Both the position numbers and the translations under genes were made by a program. The notes below the pieces were generated by a model. That model saw only the letters and a program-made list of their open reading frames with translations. It did no database searches and was not told the DNA's origin. Shown in pieces: positions 46,761 through 55,947 of a stretch of 64,000 nt of DNA (position 1 is its first letter; every line of letters starts with the position of its first letter). The DNA is from an uncultured candidatus Porisulfidus sp. Its GTDB lineage: Bacteria > Pseudomonadota > Gammaproteobacteria > Poriferisulfidales > Poriferisulfidaceae. The stretch covers positions 918,346 through 982,345 of the forward strand of contig OY764335.1 of assembly GCA_963668445.1 (NCBI GenBank), in the 5' to 3' direction.

Positions 46761-47101
46761 GCAAGCGAGGGCAGGCCCGGCGGCATTGGTGGCTGGAGCG
46801 GATGACGTCGGTCGCATTGGTGCCGCTGTCCGCATGGCTGGTGTATGCGCTGGCCAGCCGGCCGCTGGTCGACCCGGAAAGGCTGGCGCAATGGCTTCAA
46901 AACCCGATTTCGGCAGCACTGCTCGGCCTGTTCGTGCTGGCGTCGCTGCATCACTCCATGCTCGGCCTGGAAGTCATCGTCGACGACTATGTCGCCGACC
47001 CGGGCTGGAATCGCCGTGCGCACCTCATGTGCCGGGCCTTGCTGCTGCTGGCGCTGTTTGCGGCGGCGGCGGGCATGCTGCATTTCCTGGCTGCGCCATG
47101 A
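46757..47101 (+). CDS. sdhD: Succinate dehydrogenase hydrophobic membrane anchor subunit
   Basis: 114 aa; three TM helices with heme-ligand His region; ATGA overlap with sdhC. Confidence 0.8.
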   Translation: MSKRGQARRHWWLERMTSVALVPLSAWLVYALASRPLVDPERLAQWLQNPISAALLGLFVLASLHHSMLGLEVIVDDYVADPGWNRRAHLMCRALLLLALFAAAAGMLHFLAAP

Positions 47102-48888
47102 CTGCGGCCTACACGCTGGTTGAGCACCGCTACGATGTCGTCATCGTCGGCGCGGGCGGGGCGGGCCTGCGCGCCACGCTGGGCATGGCGGCCAGCGGCC
47201 TGTCGACGGCATGCATCACCAAAGTCTTTCCGACCCGGAGCCACACGGTGGCCGCGCAGGGCGGAGTGAGCGCCGCGCTGGGGAATATGGGCGACGACGA
47301 TTGGCGCTGGCACATGTACGACACGGTGAAGGGCTCCGACTGGCTGGGCGATCAGGATGCGATCCAGTACATGTGCCGGGAGGCCATTCCGTCGATCATC
47401 GAGCTGGAGCATTACGGCGTGCCGTTCTCCCGCACCGACAGCGGCGCCATCTATCAGCGTCCTTTCGGAGGCATGACGACGCACTACGGCGAAGGGATCG
47501 CGCAGCGCACCTGCGCAGCGGCGGACCGCACCGGCCATGCGATCCTGCATACGCTGTACCAGCAATCCCTCAAGCATCAGGCGAAATTCTTCATCGAATA
47601 CTTCGCCATCGATCTGGTGACGGACGACGACGGGCGATGCTGCGGCGTACTCGCCTGGGATCTGGCCACCGGGGAATTGCACCATTTCCATGCGCATACC
47701 GTGCTGCTGGCGACCGGCGGCTATGGCCGCGCCTATTTCTCCTGCACTTCGGCCCATACCTGCACCGGCGACGGCAACGCCATGGTGCAGCGCCTCGGTA
47801 TGCCGCTGCAGGACATGGAGTTCGTCCAGTTCCATCCGACCGGCATCTACGGGGCGGGCTGCCTCATTACCGAAGGAGCGCGAGGGGAGGGCGGCTATCT
47901 GACCAACGGGCAAGGAGAGCGCTTCATGGAGCGCTATGCGCCGAATGCCAAGGATCTGGCGTCGCGCGATGTCGTCAGCCGTTCGATGACGATCGAGATC
48001 AACGAGCAGCGCGGCTGCGGCCTGGAGCAGGACCACATCCATCTGCATCTGGAGCATTTGGGCGCCGACGTCATCAAGGAGCGGCTGCCGGGCATTGCCG
48101 AATCGGCGCGCATCTTCGCCGGCGTGGACGTGACGCGCGAACCGATTCCGGTGCTGCCGACCGTGCACTACAGCATGGGCGGCATTCCGACCAACATCCA
48201 TGGCGAAGTCATGACCGTCCGCGACGGCGACGCGAACGCCGTGGTGCCGGGCCTGATGGCGATCGGCGAGGCTGCCTGCGTCTCCGTGCACGGCGCCAAC
48301 CGCCTCGGTTCGAACTCGCTGCTGGATCTGATCGTATTCGGCCGCTCCGCCGCCATTCGGGCGGTGGAACTCATCACGCCGGGCGGGGCGCATCCGGAAG
48401 CGACAGGCGCATCCGTCGCTAGGATCCTCGACCGCTTCGACGATTTGCGGCACGCCGACGGCGGCACACCGACCGCGGATATGCGCTTGGAACTGCAGCG
48501 GGCCATGCAGAAGCACGCCGCCGTATTCCGTACGCAGGAGACGCTGCAGGCCGGGCTGGAGCGGGTTCGGGCCGCACATCAGGCATTCCGGGATGTGCGC
48601 GTCAGCGACCGCTCCATGATCTGGAATACGGACTTGGTGGAGACGCTGGAATTGGGGAATCTGCTGCCGCAAGGCGTCGCGACTCTTGAATCCGCCCTCA
48701 ACCGTCTGGAAAGCCGCGGCGCGCACGCCCGCGAGGATTATCCGGAACGCAACGACGAGGAATGGATGAAGCATACCGTATGCTGGATCGCCCCGGATGG
48801 GCAATGTCGCATCGAGTACCGGGACGTCCATCTGTTCACGCTGGACGACGAGGCGGAAGTCGTGCCGCCGAAAGCCCGCGTATACTGA
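47098..48888 (+). CDS. sdhA: Succinate dehydrogenase flavoprotein subunit
   Basis: FAD-binding [13 protein letters not shown], covalent-FAD His region SHTVAAQGG; 596 aa; the ORF-track start at 46786 overlaps sdhD and was rejected. Confidence 0.95.
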   Translation: MTAAYTLVEHRYDVVIVGAGGAGLRATLGMAASGLSTACITKVFPTRSHTVAAQGGVSAALGNMGDDDWRWHMYDTVKGSDWLGDQDAIQYMCREAIPSIIELEHYGVPFSRTDSGAIYQRPFGGMTTHYGEGIAQRTCAAADRTGHAILHTLYQQSLKHQAKFFIEYFAIDLVTDDDGRCCGVLAWDLATGELHHFHAHTVLLATGGYGRAYFSCTSAHTCTGDGNAMVQRLGMPLQDMEFVQFHPTGIYGAGCLITEGARGEGGYLTNGQGERFMERYAPNAKDLASRDVVSRSMTIEINEQRGCGLEQDHIHLHLEHLGADVIKERLPGIAESARIFAGVDVTREPIPVLPTVHYSMGGIPTNIHGEVMTVRDGDANAVVPGLMAIGEAACVSVHGANRLGSNSLLDLIVFGRSAAIRAVELITPGGAHPEATGASVARILDRFDDLRHADGGTPTADMRLELQRAMQKHAAVFRTQETLQAGLERVRAAHQAFRDVRVSDRSMIWNTDLVETLELGNLLPQGVATLESALNRLESRGAHAREDYPERNDEEWMKHTVCWIAPDGQCRIEYRDVHLFTLDDEAEVVPPKARVY

Positions 48889-48908
48889 ACTTCCGGAAAG
48901 CATCCGCC

Positions 48909-49691
48909 ATGGCTCAATTCACGCTCCCTGCCAACGCTGTCGTCCGCAAGCAGGGCCGCCAGCATTCCGCACCTGCCGGCGCTAACGAGGTGCGTACGTT
49001 CCACATCTACCGATACGAGCCGGAAGAGGGCGAGAATCCGCGTCTGGACACCTACGACATCGATGCCACGCAATGCGGTCCGATGGTGCTGGACGCGCTC
49101 ATCAAGATCAAGAACGAGGTTGATGCGACCCTGTCGTTCCGCCGTTCATGCCGCGAAGGTATCTGCGGCTCTTGCTCCATGAACATCAATGGGCGGAACG
49201 CCTTGGCCTGCACATGCGACATCGGGCAGTTCAAAGGGGAGATCCGGGTCTATCCCTTGCCGCACATGCCGGTCGTCAAGGATCTGGTGACGGACCTGTC
49301 CGGCTTCTACCGGCAATATGCGGCGGTGGAGCCGTGGCTGAAGAACGACGGGGAGGCGCCGGAACGCGAGCGCGCACAGGCCAAAGAAGACCGGGCGCGG
49401 CTGGAAGGTCTGGAGGAGTGCATCCTGTGCGCCTGCTGCTCGACGAGCTGCCCCAGCTACTGGTGGAATCCCGACAAGTACTTGGGGCCGGCGGCCTTGC
49501 TGCAAGCGTGGCGTTGGCTGGCGGACAGTCGCGACGAAGCGGCGGATGAGCGTTTGGACTTTCTGGCGGATTCGTTCAAGCTCTACCGCTGCCATACGAT
49601 CATGAACTGCACCCAGACATGCCCGAAAGGACTGAATCCCGCGCGGGCAATCGCCGAAATCAAGAAAATGGTGGCATTGCGCAAGGCGTAG
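48909..49691 (+). CDS. sdhB: Succinate dehydrogenase iron-sulfur subunit
   Basis: 2Fe-2[10 protein letters not shown], 4Fe-4[13 protein letters not shown], 3Fe-4[13 protein letters not shown]. Confidence 0.95.
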   Translation: MAQFTLPANAVVRKQGRQHSAPAGANEVRTFHIYRYEPEEGENPRLDTYDIDATQCGPMVLDALIKIKNEVDATLSFRRSCREGICGSCSMNINGRNALACTCDIGQFKGEIRVYPLPHMPVVKDLVTDLSGFYRQYAAVEPWLKNDGEAPERERAQAKEDRARLEGLEECILCACCSTSCPSYWWNPDKYLGPAALLQAWRWLADSRDEAADERLDFLADSFKLYRCHTIMNCTQTCPKGLNPARAIAEIKKMVALRKA

Positions 49692-49692
49692 A

Positions 49693-49947
49693 ATGTCGGA
49701 ACAGGACCGGTTGCGTTGGCGGTGCCGGCGAGGGACCCGGGAGTTGGACTTGATGCTGATGCGCTACTTGGAGCAAGACTACCCGAAGGCGTCGGAAGCC
49801 GAGCGCGCGGCATTCGCGGCGCTGCTGGAGCGTCCCGACCCCGAGATTCAAGCGCTGCTGTGGAATGCCGTGCCGAGCCGCGACCCGCATGTGGCTGGCA
49901 TTATTGCCAAGATCCACGCATCCGGAGCTTCCGATGACGCATCCTGA
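49693..49947 (+). CDS. sdhE: FAD assembly factor SdhE (YgfY/CptB family)
   Basis: RLRWRCRRGTRELDLML...F motif typical of SdhE; directly after sdhB. Confidence 0.8.
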   Translation: MSEQDRLRWRCRRGTRELDLMLMRYLEQDYPKASEAERAAFAALLERPDPEIQALLWNAVPSRDPHVAGIIAKIHASGASDDAS

Positions 49948-51085
49948 CTTCCAGCCCTGCGGCCCGAATCGGACCCCGCCGTCGACCCGGGTCGTCGCTC
50001 TTCCGGGGGATTACGGGCAGACCGATTTCGTCATGCGCCGCGGCGGGCGTCTGGCCGAGGTGCAACTGGGCTACGAGACTTGGGGAGCCCTGTCGCGCAA
50101 CCAGGACAACGCCATTCTGATCTTTACGGGACTGTCGCCGACCGCCCATGCGGCCTCCAACGAGGCGGACGACACGGCCGGCTGGTGGGAATACATGGTC
50201 GGGCCCGGCAAGCCCATCGACACCGATCGCTTCTTCGTGGTGTGCGTCAATTCCCTAGGCGGTTGCTTCGGCTCGACCGGGCCTTCCTCCTGCGACCCGG
50301 CGACTGGCAAGCCGTACGGCGTCAATTTTCCGGAACTGTCGATTGAGGACATCGCGAAAGCCGGGCACCATGCCATGCGCGAACTGGGCGTCGATCATCT
50401 GCACGCCGTCGTCGGCGCTTCCATGGGCGGCATGTCCGCATTGGCGCACGCCCTGCAATACCCGGACGAAATGGATTACCTCATCGTCATCTCGGCGGCT
50501 TGTCGCGCTTTGCCGTTCACCATCGCCATGCGTTCGCTGCAGCGCGAGATCATCCGTTGCGACCCGGCATGGAAGGACGGGCAGTACGAGGCGGACGCCG
50601 CTTCATTCTGCGGCATGCGGCTGGCGCGCAAACTCGGGCTGATGTCCTACCGTGCCGCGCAGGAATGGCGGCAGCGCTTCAATCGGGCCCGCGTGCCGGC
50701 CCATCGGGCCTCGGACGAGATGTTCGGAATCGAATTCGAAATTGAATCCTATCTGGAGCACAACGCCAAGAAGTTCGTGGACAGCTTCGATGCCAACAGC
50801 TATCTGTACCTGTCGCGGGCCATGGACCTGTTCGATGTGGCCGAGCACGGCGGCACCGTCAATGCGGGGCTGGCGCGGATTCATGCGCGCAAGACTTTGG
50901 TGGTCGGCGTCAGCAGCGATATCCTGTTCCCGTACGAGCAGCAGGAGGAAATCGCCGAAGGCCTGCGCAAGGCCGGGCGCGAGGTCGAACTGGTGCATCT
51001 GGACTCCATCCAGGGGCATGATTCGTTTCTGGTCGATGCCGAACGCTTTTCGCCCGTCGTGCAGCAGTTCTTGGAACAGACCTGA
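49934..51085 (+). CDS. metX: Homoserine O-acyltransferase MetX (alpha/beta hydrolase)
   Basis: GASMGGM nucleophile elbow; MetX-specific N-terminal and C-terminal regions; 14-nt overlap with sdhE. Confidence 0.9.
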   Translation: MTHPDFQPCGPNRTPPSTRVVALPGDYGQTDFVMRRGGRLAEVQLGYETWGALSRNQDNAILIFTGLSPTAHAASNEADDTAGWWEYMVGPGKPIDTDRFFVVCVNSLGGCFGSTGPSSCDPATGKPYGVNFPELSIEDIAKAGHHAMRELGVDHLHAVVGASMGGMSALAHALQYPDEMDYLIVISAACRALPFTIAMRSLQREIIRCDPAWKDGQYEADAASFCGMRLARKLGLMSYRAAQEWRQRFNRARVPAHRASDEMFGIEFEIESYLEHNAKKFVDSFDANSYLYLSRAMDLFDVAEHGGTVNAGLARIHARKTLVVGVSSDILFPYEQQEEIAEGLRKAGREVELVHLDSIQGHDSFLVDAERFSPVVQQFLEQT

Positions 51086-51753
51086 TGGCGGACCGTGCGG
51101 CACCTGATCGGTTGGCGCAGCCCGATGGCAATCGCGTGCATGCCATTGCCATGCCGCATTTGAGGGCTATGCGATCCCTCGTTTCTCGTAATCTTAGCCG
51201 GGAGGTCGGTTGGCAGGCATGGGCTGCTGGCATTACAGTCCTTGTCTTGTCTGCAATTGTCGCGTGGCGTTTCGGATTCGGTTTTGAGGCAGGTGCTGCT
51301 TTGCTGCTGACTTGGGCGTTGGTCGCATTGAGCATTTCGGACATGCGCACGTATCAATTGCCAGACGAAATTACGCTATCGTTTCTATGGCTTGGCCTGC
51401 TCGTCAACATTAATGGCGCGTTTGCGCCGCTCCAGTCCGCCGTGCTTGGAGCGGTCGGGGGCTACCTGTGGTTCTGGATAGTGGCTCATGGAGCGCGAGT
51501 CATTACAGGAAAGGAGATGCTGGGGCATGGCGATTTCAAGATGCTGGCCATGATCGGCGCATGGCTCGGAGTGGGATTGCTGCCCCTTGTGGTAACATTG
51601 GCAGCCATGATAGGCACGCTTGCTGGGATTGGATTGATTATGCACGGCACCCATCGGAGAGGCTCACCGATACCGTTCGGGCCTTTTCTAGCGATGGCGG
51701 CCTTCGCCATGTTGATTGCGGACCGGGCTGCGCTTCTAGGTTTTCTAGTATGA
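51085..51753 (+). CDS. A24-family prepilin peptidase, short form without an N-terminal Zn-finger domain
   Basis: Catalytic-Asp regions ISDMRTYQLPDEITL and GHGDFKMLAMIGAWLG; ATGA overlap with metX; start could be a later Met. Confidence 0.7.
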   Translation: MADRAAPDRLAQPDGNRVHAIAMPHLRAMRSLVSRNLSREVGWQAWAAGITVLVLSAIVAWRFGFGFEAGAALLLTWALVALSISDMRTYQLPDEITLSFLWLGLLVNINGAFAPLQSAVLGAVGGYLWFWIVAHGARVITGKEMLGHGDFKMLAMIGAWLGVGLLPLVVTLAAMIGTLAGIGLIMHGTHRRGSPIPFGPFLAMAAFAMLIADRAALLGFLV

Positions 51754-51938
51754 ATTGGAGTTACGACTCTACTAAAGGTATGTACATAGGAGGTCGTGGT
51801 ATGGCATTCGATACGGCGTTTCAGGTCTACAACGTGACAGGAATGCTGCCGGCTGCCGTGATGACGCTAGCCGCAAAGGTGGGACGGGCGCCTTTGGGAA
51901 GTCAGTTGCTGACATTTCAAGTATCGGGATGGCCGTAA
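51750..51938 (+). CDS. Hypothetical small protein (62 aa) translationally coupled to the prepilin peptidase gene
   Basis: ATG overlaps the peptidase stop (ATGA) and its 3-prime end overlaps the next lipoprotein gene by 10 nt; no recognisable domain. Confidence 0.3.
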   Translation: MNWSYDSTKGMYIGGRGMAFDTAFQVYNVTGMLPAAVMTLAAKVGRAPLGSQLLTFQVSGWP

Positions 51939-52906
51939 ACATCCGATTGGCCTGTATTGCACTTGGACTGCCTCTGCTTGCAGGGTGCTTCGAGTCTGAT
52001 ATGTGGCATCACATCGAGTTCAGATACGGGTCGCTTTCTATTAGAGTGTGGCCTTTTGGCTTATCTACATCTGGCTTGGTTGAATTAGGCATCACGCACT
52101 ACGCAACTTTCAGCAATTATGAGAAATTGATCGACGAATGCGGGCCAGGAATGGAAAAAGTCAAAGAGATGCACGAACGCCGGATTGCCGATATGGTTGA
52201 TCCGGATGAAATCAAACGGACATACGGCAAGACAGTCGCCCCTGTGATACAGGAATCCATGATCCGGTGCCTAGAAAAACGTCCGGCTCTTGTCCCGAAG
52301 GAATGCAAGCGCAGAATGATTGTAATCAGTAGCAAGATCATGCGGGAAGTCTATGGGACGGTCGGTCTCCAGTGCGGAGAATCCTCCGATCTTCCTCTTG
52401 AGATCAAGATGGCAAAGTTGGATGCGGCTGACCCTCTGCGACAATCATGGCGTGGCCCGCGGTTTGAGATAGGGCAGCTGGACGAGGAACAGCTTAGAGA
52501 AGAACCGACCCATATCGGTCATTACTCTAACTTAGATAAACTGTTGGATGAATGCGGTCCTGGCGCGAAGAAAGCTCGGGATATTGCTATTCAGACTAAT
52601 AATTTGATGGGTACCACGTTTGACCGGATAATAGCGGATGCCTTAATCGAGTGCCTCAAAAAGCGAAACCTCGTTCCTTCCGAATGCCTAGATGGGATGG
52701 TTCCGACCCTTTTTCCTATAACGGCAGGGATTTATGTCTCCCAAGTAGGCTTCCGATGCGGCGGCGGCCTACTGGGCAGACACTCCCCCCAATTAAGTCA
52801 TGGGAGCAGCATGATCAGTCTCGCCAGTAGCAGCTTGCGTCTCGCATGCAAGGGAAACTGGCATCAAGGCATTCCAGTGCGAAAGCCATCATGCGAGGAG
52901 GAATGA
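51929..52906 (+). CDS. Hypothetical lipoprotein built from a tandem duplicated domain of about 95 aa
   Basis: Signal peptide with lipobox LLAGC; two internal repeats sharing HY..(S/F).N..KL(I/L)DECGPG ... CL(E/K)KR..(L)VP.EC ... VG(L/F)(Q/R)CG; locally lower GC (about 50%). Confidence 0.55.
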   Translation: MAVNIRLACIALGLPLLAGCFESDMWHHIEFRYGSLSIRVWPFGLSTSGLVELGITHYATFSNYEKLIDECGPGMEKVKEMHERRIADMVDPDEIKRTYGKTVAPVIQESMIRCLEKRPALVPKECKRRMIVISSKIMREVYGTVGLQCGESSDLPLEIKMAKLDAADPLRQSWRGPRFEIGQLDEEQLREEPTHIGHYSNLDKLLDECGPGAKKARDIAIQTNNLMGTTFDRIIADALIECLKKRNLVPSECLDGMVPTLFPITAGIYVSQVGFRCGGGLLGRHSPQLSHGSSMISLASSSLRLACKGNWHQGIPVRKPSCEEE

Positions 52907-52930
52907 CGCATGGCATGGGAAATGGCGTAA

Positions 52931-53281
52931 GTGACGGACGATCTTCTGGATAGCATGGTCCGGGCCATCGTGGATGCGGTGGATCCTGAACAGGTGATTC
53001 TGCTCGGTTCGCGTGCGCGCGGTGATGCGCGCAAAAACTCAGATGTGGATTTGATCGTTATTGAAGCCGAACCGTTCGAATCTAGCCATAGCCGACATGA
53101 CGAGATGGTTCGGTTAGGTCGAATGTTGGGCGGTTTTCAAATTCCAAATGATATTCTCGTGTTCAGCAGCGACGAAGTGGAATACTGGCGCGACTCTATC
53201 AACCATGTGCTGGCCCGTGCATTGCGAGAAGGGAAACTGCTTTATGAGCGATTAAGCACGCTCGCGAAATGCTCGCTGTAG
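52931..53281 (+). CDS. MNT-type minimal nucleotidyltransferase (antitoxin-like), copy 1, N-terminally altered
   Basis: GSRARGDARKNSDVDL polymerase-beta-like NTase motif; relative to copy 2 the ancestral ATG (52910) is followed by an in-frame TAA at 52928 and a GTG restart at 52931. Confidence 0.55.
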   Translation: MTDDLLDSMVRAIVDAVDPEQVILLGSRARGDARKNSDVDLIVIEAEPFESSHSRHDEMVRLGRMLGGFQIPNDILVFSSDEVEYWRDSINHVLARALREGKLLYERLSTLAKCSL

Positions 53282-53680
53282 CCGAGCGGGACTTTGATAC
53301 TCTGCGCATACTGGCAGATGTTCCTGTGGCCGACGAGGTGTTCGGCTTGCGCAACAGGCAGCCGAAAAGCTTTTTTTAAGGCTTGGATTGCCTGATTGGG
53401 CGAAGCCTATCCAATTACCCACAACCTCAATATACTTTTGGAAGAACTTCGAAAATGCAATGCCGAAGTCGATCAATTTAGCAACTTGAGCAGTCTGAAT
53501 CCCTACGCCGTCAAATTCCGCTACGCGTATGATGCTTCCACAGCAGCACTAAACCGAATCGAGATTATTCAACGTGTGGAAGCGTTGCTTAAGGAAGTGC
53601 AAAGGAAGTGCAGCGGCAAATCAGCAAATACGACGGCTAATGTCGAGAACTGCAAAAGCATGTATAGAAATTCAGGCTGA
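53244..53680 (+). pseudogene. HEPN-domain (toxin-like) partner of MNT copy 1, disrupted by frameshifts and a nonsense codon
   Basis: Starts MSD then TAA; homology to copy 2 (KHARE..AERD...ILADVPVADE...QQAAEKLF) continues in shifted frames; only the C-terminal 94 codons (53396..53680) remain as an intact ORF. Confidence 0.5.
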
Positions 53681-53773
53681 CTTTCTATGTTTTGACCGGC
53701 CCGTAACTCCGCCGATGCTGGGCGAATCGACCGGAGCGTAGTAGGGGGTCAGATCTTTCGAATCGCTAAAATG

Positions 53774-54007
53774 CTAGATCTTTGCTCCGCAACTCTGAAG
53801 TTTTTCCAAAAGAAGGTCAAGATCGTGAGTCGTCGGGTAGTTGCTCCCCAGTAGGGCGAGCCAAGCTTTGAAGAGCTTTTCAACTGCCTGTTGTCCATGG
53901 AAGCCGATTGTTTCATCGGCCACAGGAGTATCCATCAGAACGCGCAGGGCTGTGAGGTCACGCTCGGCTAATACGAGCAATTCGCGAGCGTGCTTAAGGT
54001 CGCTCAT
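53774..54007 (-). CDS. HEPN-domain protein, copy 2, possibly C-terminally truncated (77 aa)
   Basis: MSDLKHARELLVLAERDLTALRVLMDTPVADETIGFHGQQAVEKLFKAWLALLGSNYPTTHDLDLLLEKLQSCGAKI; ends at a TAG where copy 1 continues (AEVDQFSN...). Confidence 0.5.
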   Translation of the reverse strand: MSDLKHARELLVLAERDLTALRVLMDTPVADETIGFHGQQAVEKLFKAWLALLGSNYPTTHDLDLLLEKLQSCGAKI

Positions 54008-54341
54008 AAAGCAATCTTCCTTCTCGCAGGGCACGGGCCAGCACATGGTTAATGGAATCGCGCCAATACTCCACTTCATCGCGGCTGAACACGAGAACGT
54101 CTTTCGGAACCCGAAAACCGGTCAGTGCCCGACCCAACCGGACCATTTCGTCGTGCCGGTTGCGACCAGCTTCGAACGGTTCGGCTTCGATGACGATCAG
54201 ATCCACATCGGAATCTCTGCGTGCATCGCCGCGTGCGTGCGAGCCGAACAGAATCACCTGTTCAGGGTCCACCGCATCCACGATGACCCGGACCATGCTA
54301 TCCAGCAGATCATCCGTTACTTCCGCCATTTCCCATGCCAT
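53994..54341 (-). CDS. MNT-type minimal nucleotidyltransferase, copy 2 (intact)
   Basis: 115 aa; GSHARGDARRDSDVDL motif; overlaps HEPN copy 2 by 14 nt (typical toxin-antitoxin-like coupling). Confidence 0.7.
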   Translation of the reverse strand: MAWEMAEVTDDLLDSMVRVIVDAVDPEQVILFGSHARGDARRDSDVDLIVIEAEPFEAGRNRHDEMVRLGRALTGFRVPKDVLVFSRDEVEYWRDSINHVLARALREGRLLYERP

Positions 54342-54518
54342 GCGTGATTCCTCCTCGCATAATGGCTTTCACATTGGAAGGCCTTGTTGCCAGTTTCCCT
54401 TGCATTCGCGAAAGAAGATGCGAAGCGGAAAGGCTTTGCGCCCCGAGGGCGGCTCCTAGCGCAAAGATGCTAGATGCCAACTTATTCTACATGAACGGAA
54501 CCGGCAAGGCAGGGCGCA

Positions 54519-55005
54519 TCAGGAGTAGTCGCGCCATTGGCCATCATGTCGCGCGGGCTGCATAATGGCCGATGCCGAGACGCGCCTTGATCGGGCCGAC
54601 GTCTCGGTTGCAGCCGCCATCGCATCAGCCAAGGAGGCGATCTGAGCGAACGCCAAGCGCGTTGCGCTGCGTATTATTCGTTGATAGTAAACGTGGCGAT
54701 GCCCGAAGCGAAAGTCATGCTGACGCCGGCCTCCCATGTGAGATGTTTCTCGAGCATATTTTGCAACCCGCTGGGCAGATCGGTTACCTTGCAATGTCCA
54801 CCGCCTCGGGGCAGCCCAGTTTGTCACGGCCTTGCGGATGGTCGCGATCTCGCCATAGAGCTGCCGCTGCTTTTCGTTGTCGCTGACGTGCGTGTAGCCG
54901 GCCAGCACAGCCAGCAGAATGAGCGACATCAGGCCGACAACCAGGCTGAACTCAATCAGCGTGAAGCCGCTTTGGATGACCGTGCGAATCTAGACACAAG
55001 GGCAT
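54519..55005 (-). pseudogene. Type IV pilin/pseudopilin-like gene (prepilin N-terminal methylation motif GFTLIE) with an apparent 1-nt frameshift inside the leader peptide
   Basis: The minus-strand frame reads ...IRTVIQSGFTLIEFSLVVGLMSLILLAVLAGY... with no canonical start and an in-frame TAG just upstream; an ATG (complement 55003-55005) in the -1 frame gives MPLCLDSHGHPKR which would join to GFTLIE if one G were restored at about 54969. Confidence 0.5.
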
Positions 55006-55158
55006 TGCACACTAAATAGCCCATCCTTTTTCTACTTCGCATAAGGAGCATTATGTAAAGTAAATAGTTCGAGCAGCCCAATCCAGCGAGAAATGGCTCA
55101 AATCCCCAAAATCAGGCAAAATACGCCCGCTTAGCCCCCAATCCGCTCCTTTGCTGCA

Positions 55159-55947
55159 ATGCGCCTGCTCCTGCTGTCCGACACACACCAGAATTTCCTG
55201 CGCTCCAACGAGTGGCCGCATCCGCTGCCCGAGCACGAGATTTTAATCCTTGCCGGCGATATTTCCGAATACTCCGAGCGGCCAGGAAATCTCCTGGACG
55301 TTCTAGCGCATTACCGGGAACGGACCGACAAGCCGATCCTGTACTTGCTTGGTAATCATGAATTCTATCGCCAAGACTACCATGAGACACTGAAACGCAT
55401 CCGCGCCGACACCCAGCGGCTTGGCATTGAATTGCTGCATTGCCGCCGCATCCAGTTCGGAGACATTGCCTTCCACGGCTGCACGCTATGGTCGGATTTC
55501 ATGCTGCATGGATCCGGGCAGGCCCGATTCTATGGGCTCCATGCCGAAATGCGCGTCAACGATTTCCGCATGATCCGCTACCAGGGTCGGAAGTTCCGCC
55601 ATACGGATTGTGCGACTCTGCATGTACAGGAACGGGCTTGGCTGCAGCAATCGCTGGCAGACTCAACGGCACCGCATAACGTCGTGATTACGCATTTCGC
55701 GCCGATTGGACGCTGCATTGCTCCCCGGTTCCAGAACGACAACCTAAATGCCTATTTCGTTGCCGCTTGCGAAGACTTAGTCGAACGATACCGGCCCGAC
55801 CTGTGGCTGTACGGCCACACGCATCAAGCGGACGATTTCGAACTGGGCGGCACGCGATTCGTCAATAATGCCCGCGGCTACCCGAAGGAGGCGTGCGCGA
55901 CGGATTTCAGACCGAACAAAGTGATTGAAGTCGGAGCGCCGAACTAG
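55159..55947 (+). CDS. Calcineurin-like metallophosphoesterase
   Basis: Metal-binding motifs LLLSDTH, ILAGD, GNHE, GHTH. Confidence 0.7.
   Translation: MRLLLLSDTHQNFLRSNEWPHPLPEHEILILAGDISEYSERPGNLLDVLAHYRERTDKPILYLLGNHEFYRQDYHETLKRIRADTQRLGIELLHCRRIQFGDIAFHGCTLWSDFMLHGSGQARFYGLHAEMRVNDFRMIRYQGRKFRHTDCATLHVQERAWLQQSLADSTAPHNVVITHFAPIGRCIAPRFQNDNLNAYFVAACEDLVERYRPDLWLYGHTHQADDFELGGTRFVNNARGYPKEACATDFRPNKVIEVGAPN

Larger units (their letters stand above)
52910..54358. repeat. Convergent (tail-to-tail) inverted duplication of a MNT-HEPN two-gene module, about 0.6-0.77 kb per arm, separated by about 90 bp
   Basis: Copy 1 on + (52910..53680) and copy 2 on - (54341..53774) encode proteins with more than 80% identity over the MNT genes and recognisable identity in the HEPN 5-prime parts. 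Confidence 0.6.

Noticed and set aside
46987-48903. 638-aa minus-strand ORF antisense to sdhA
   Set aside because: Spurious antisense ORF; sdhA motifs are on the + strand.
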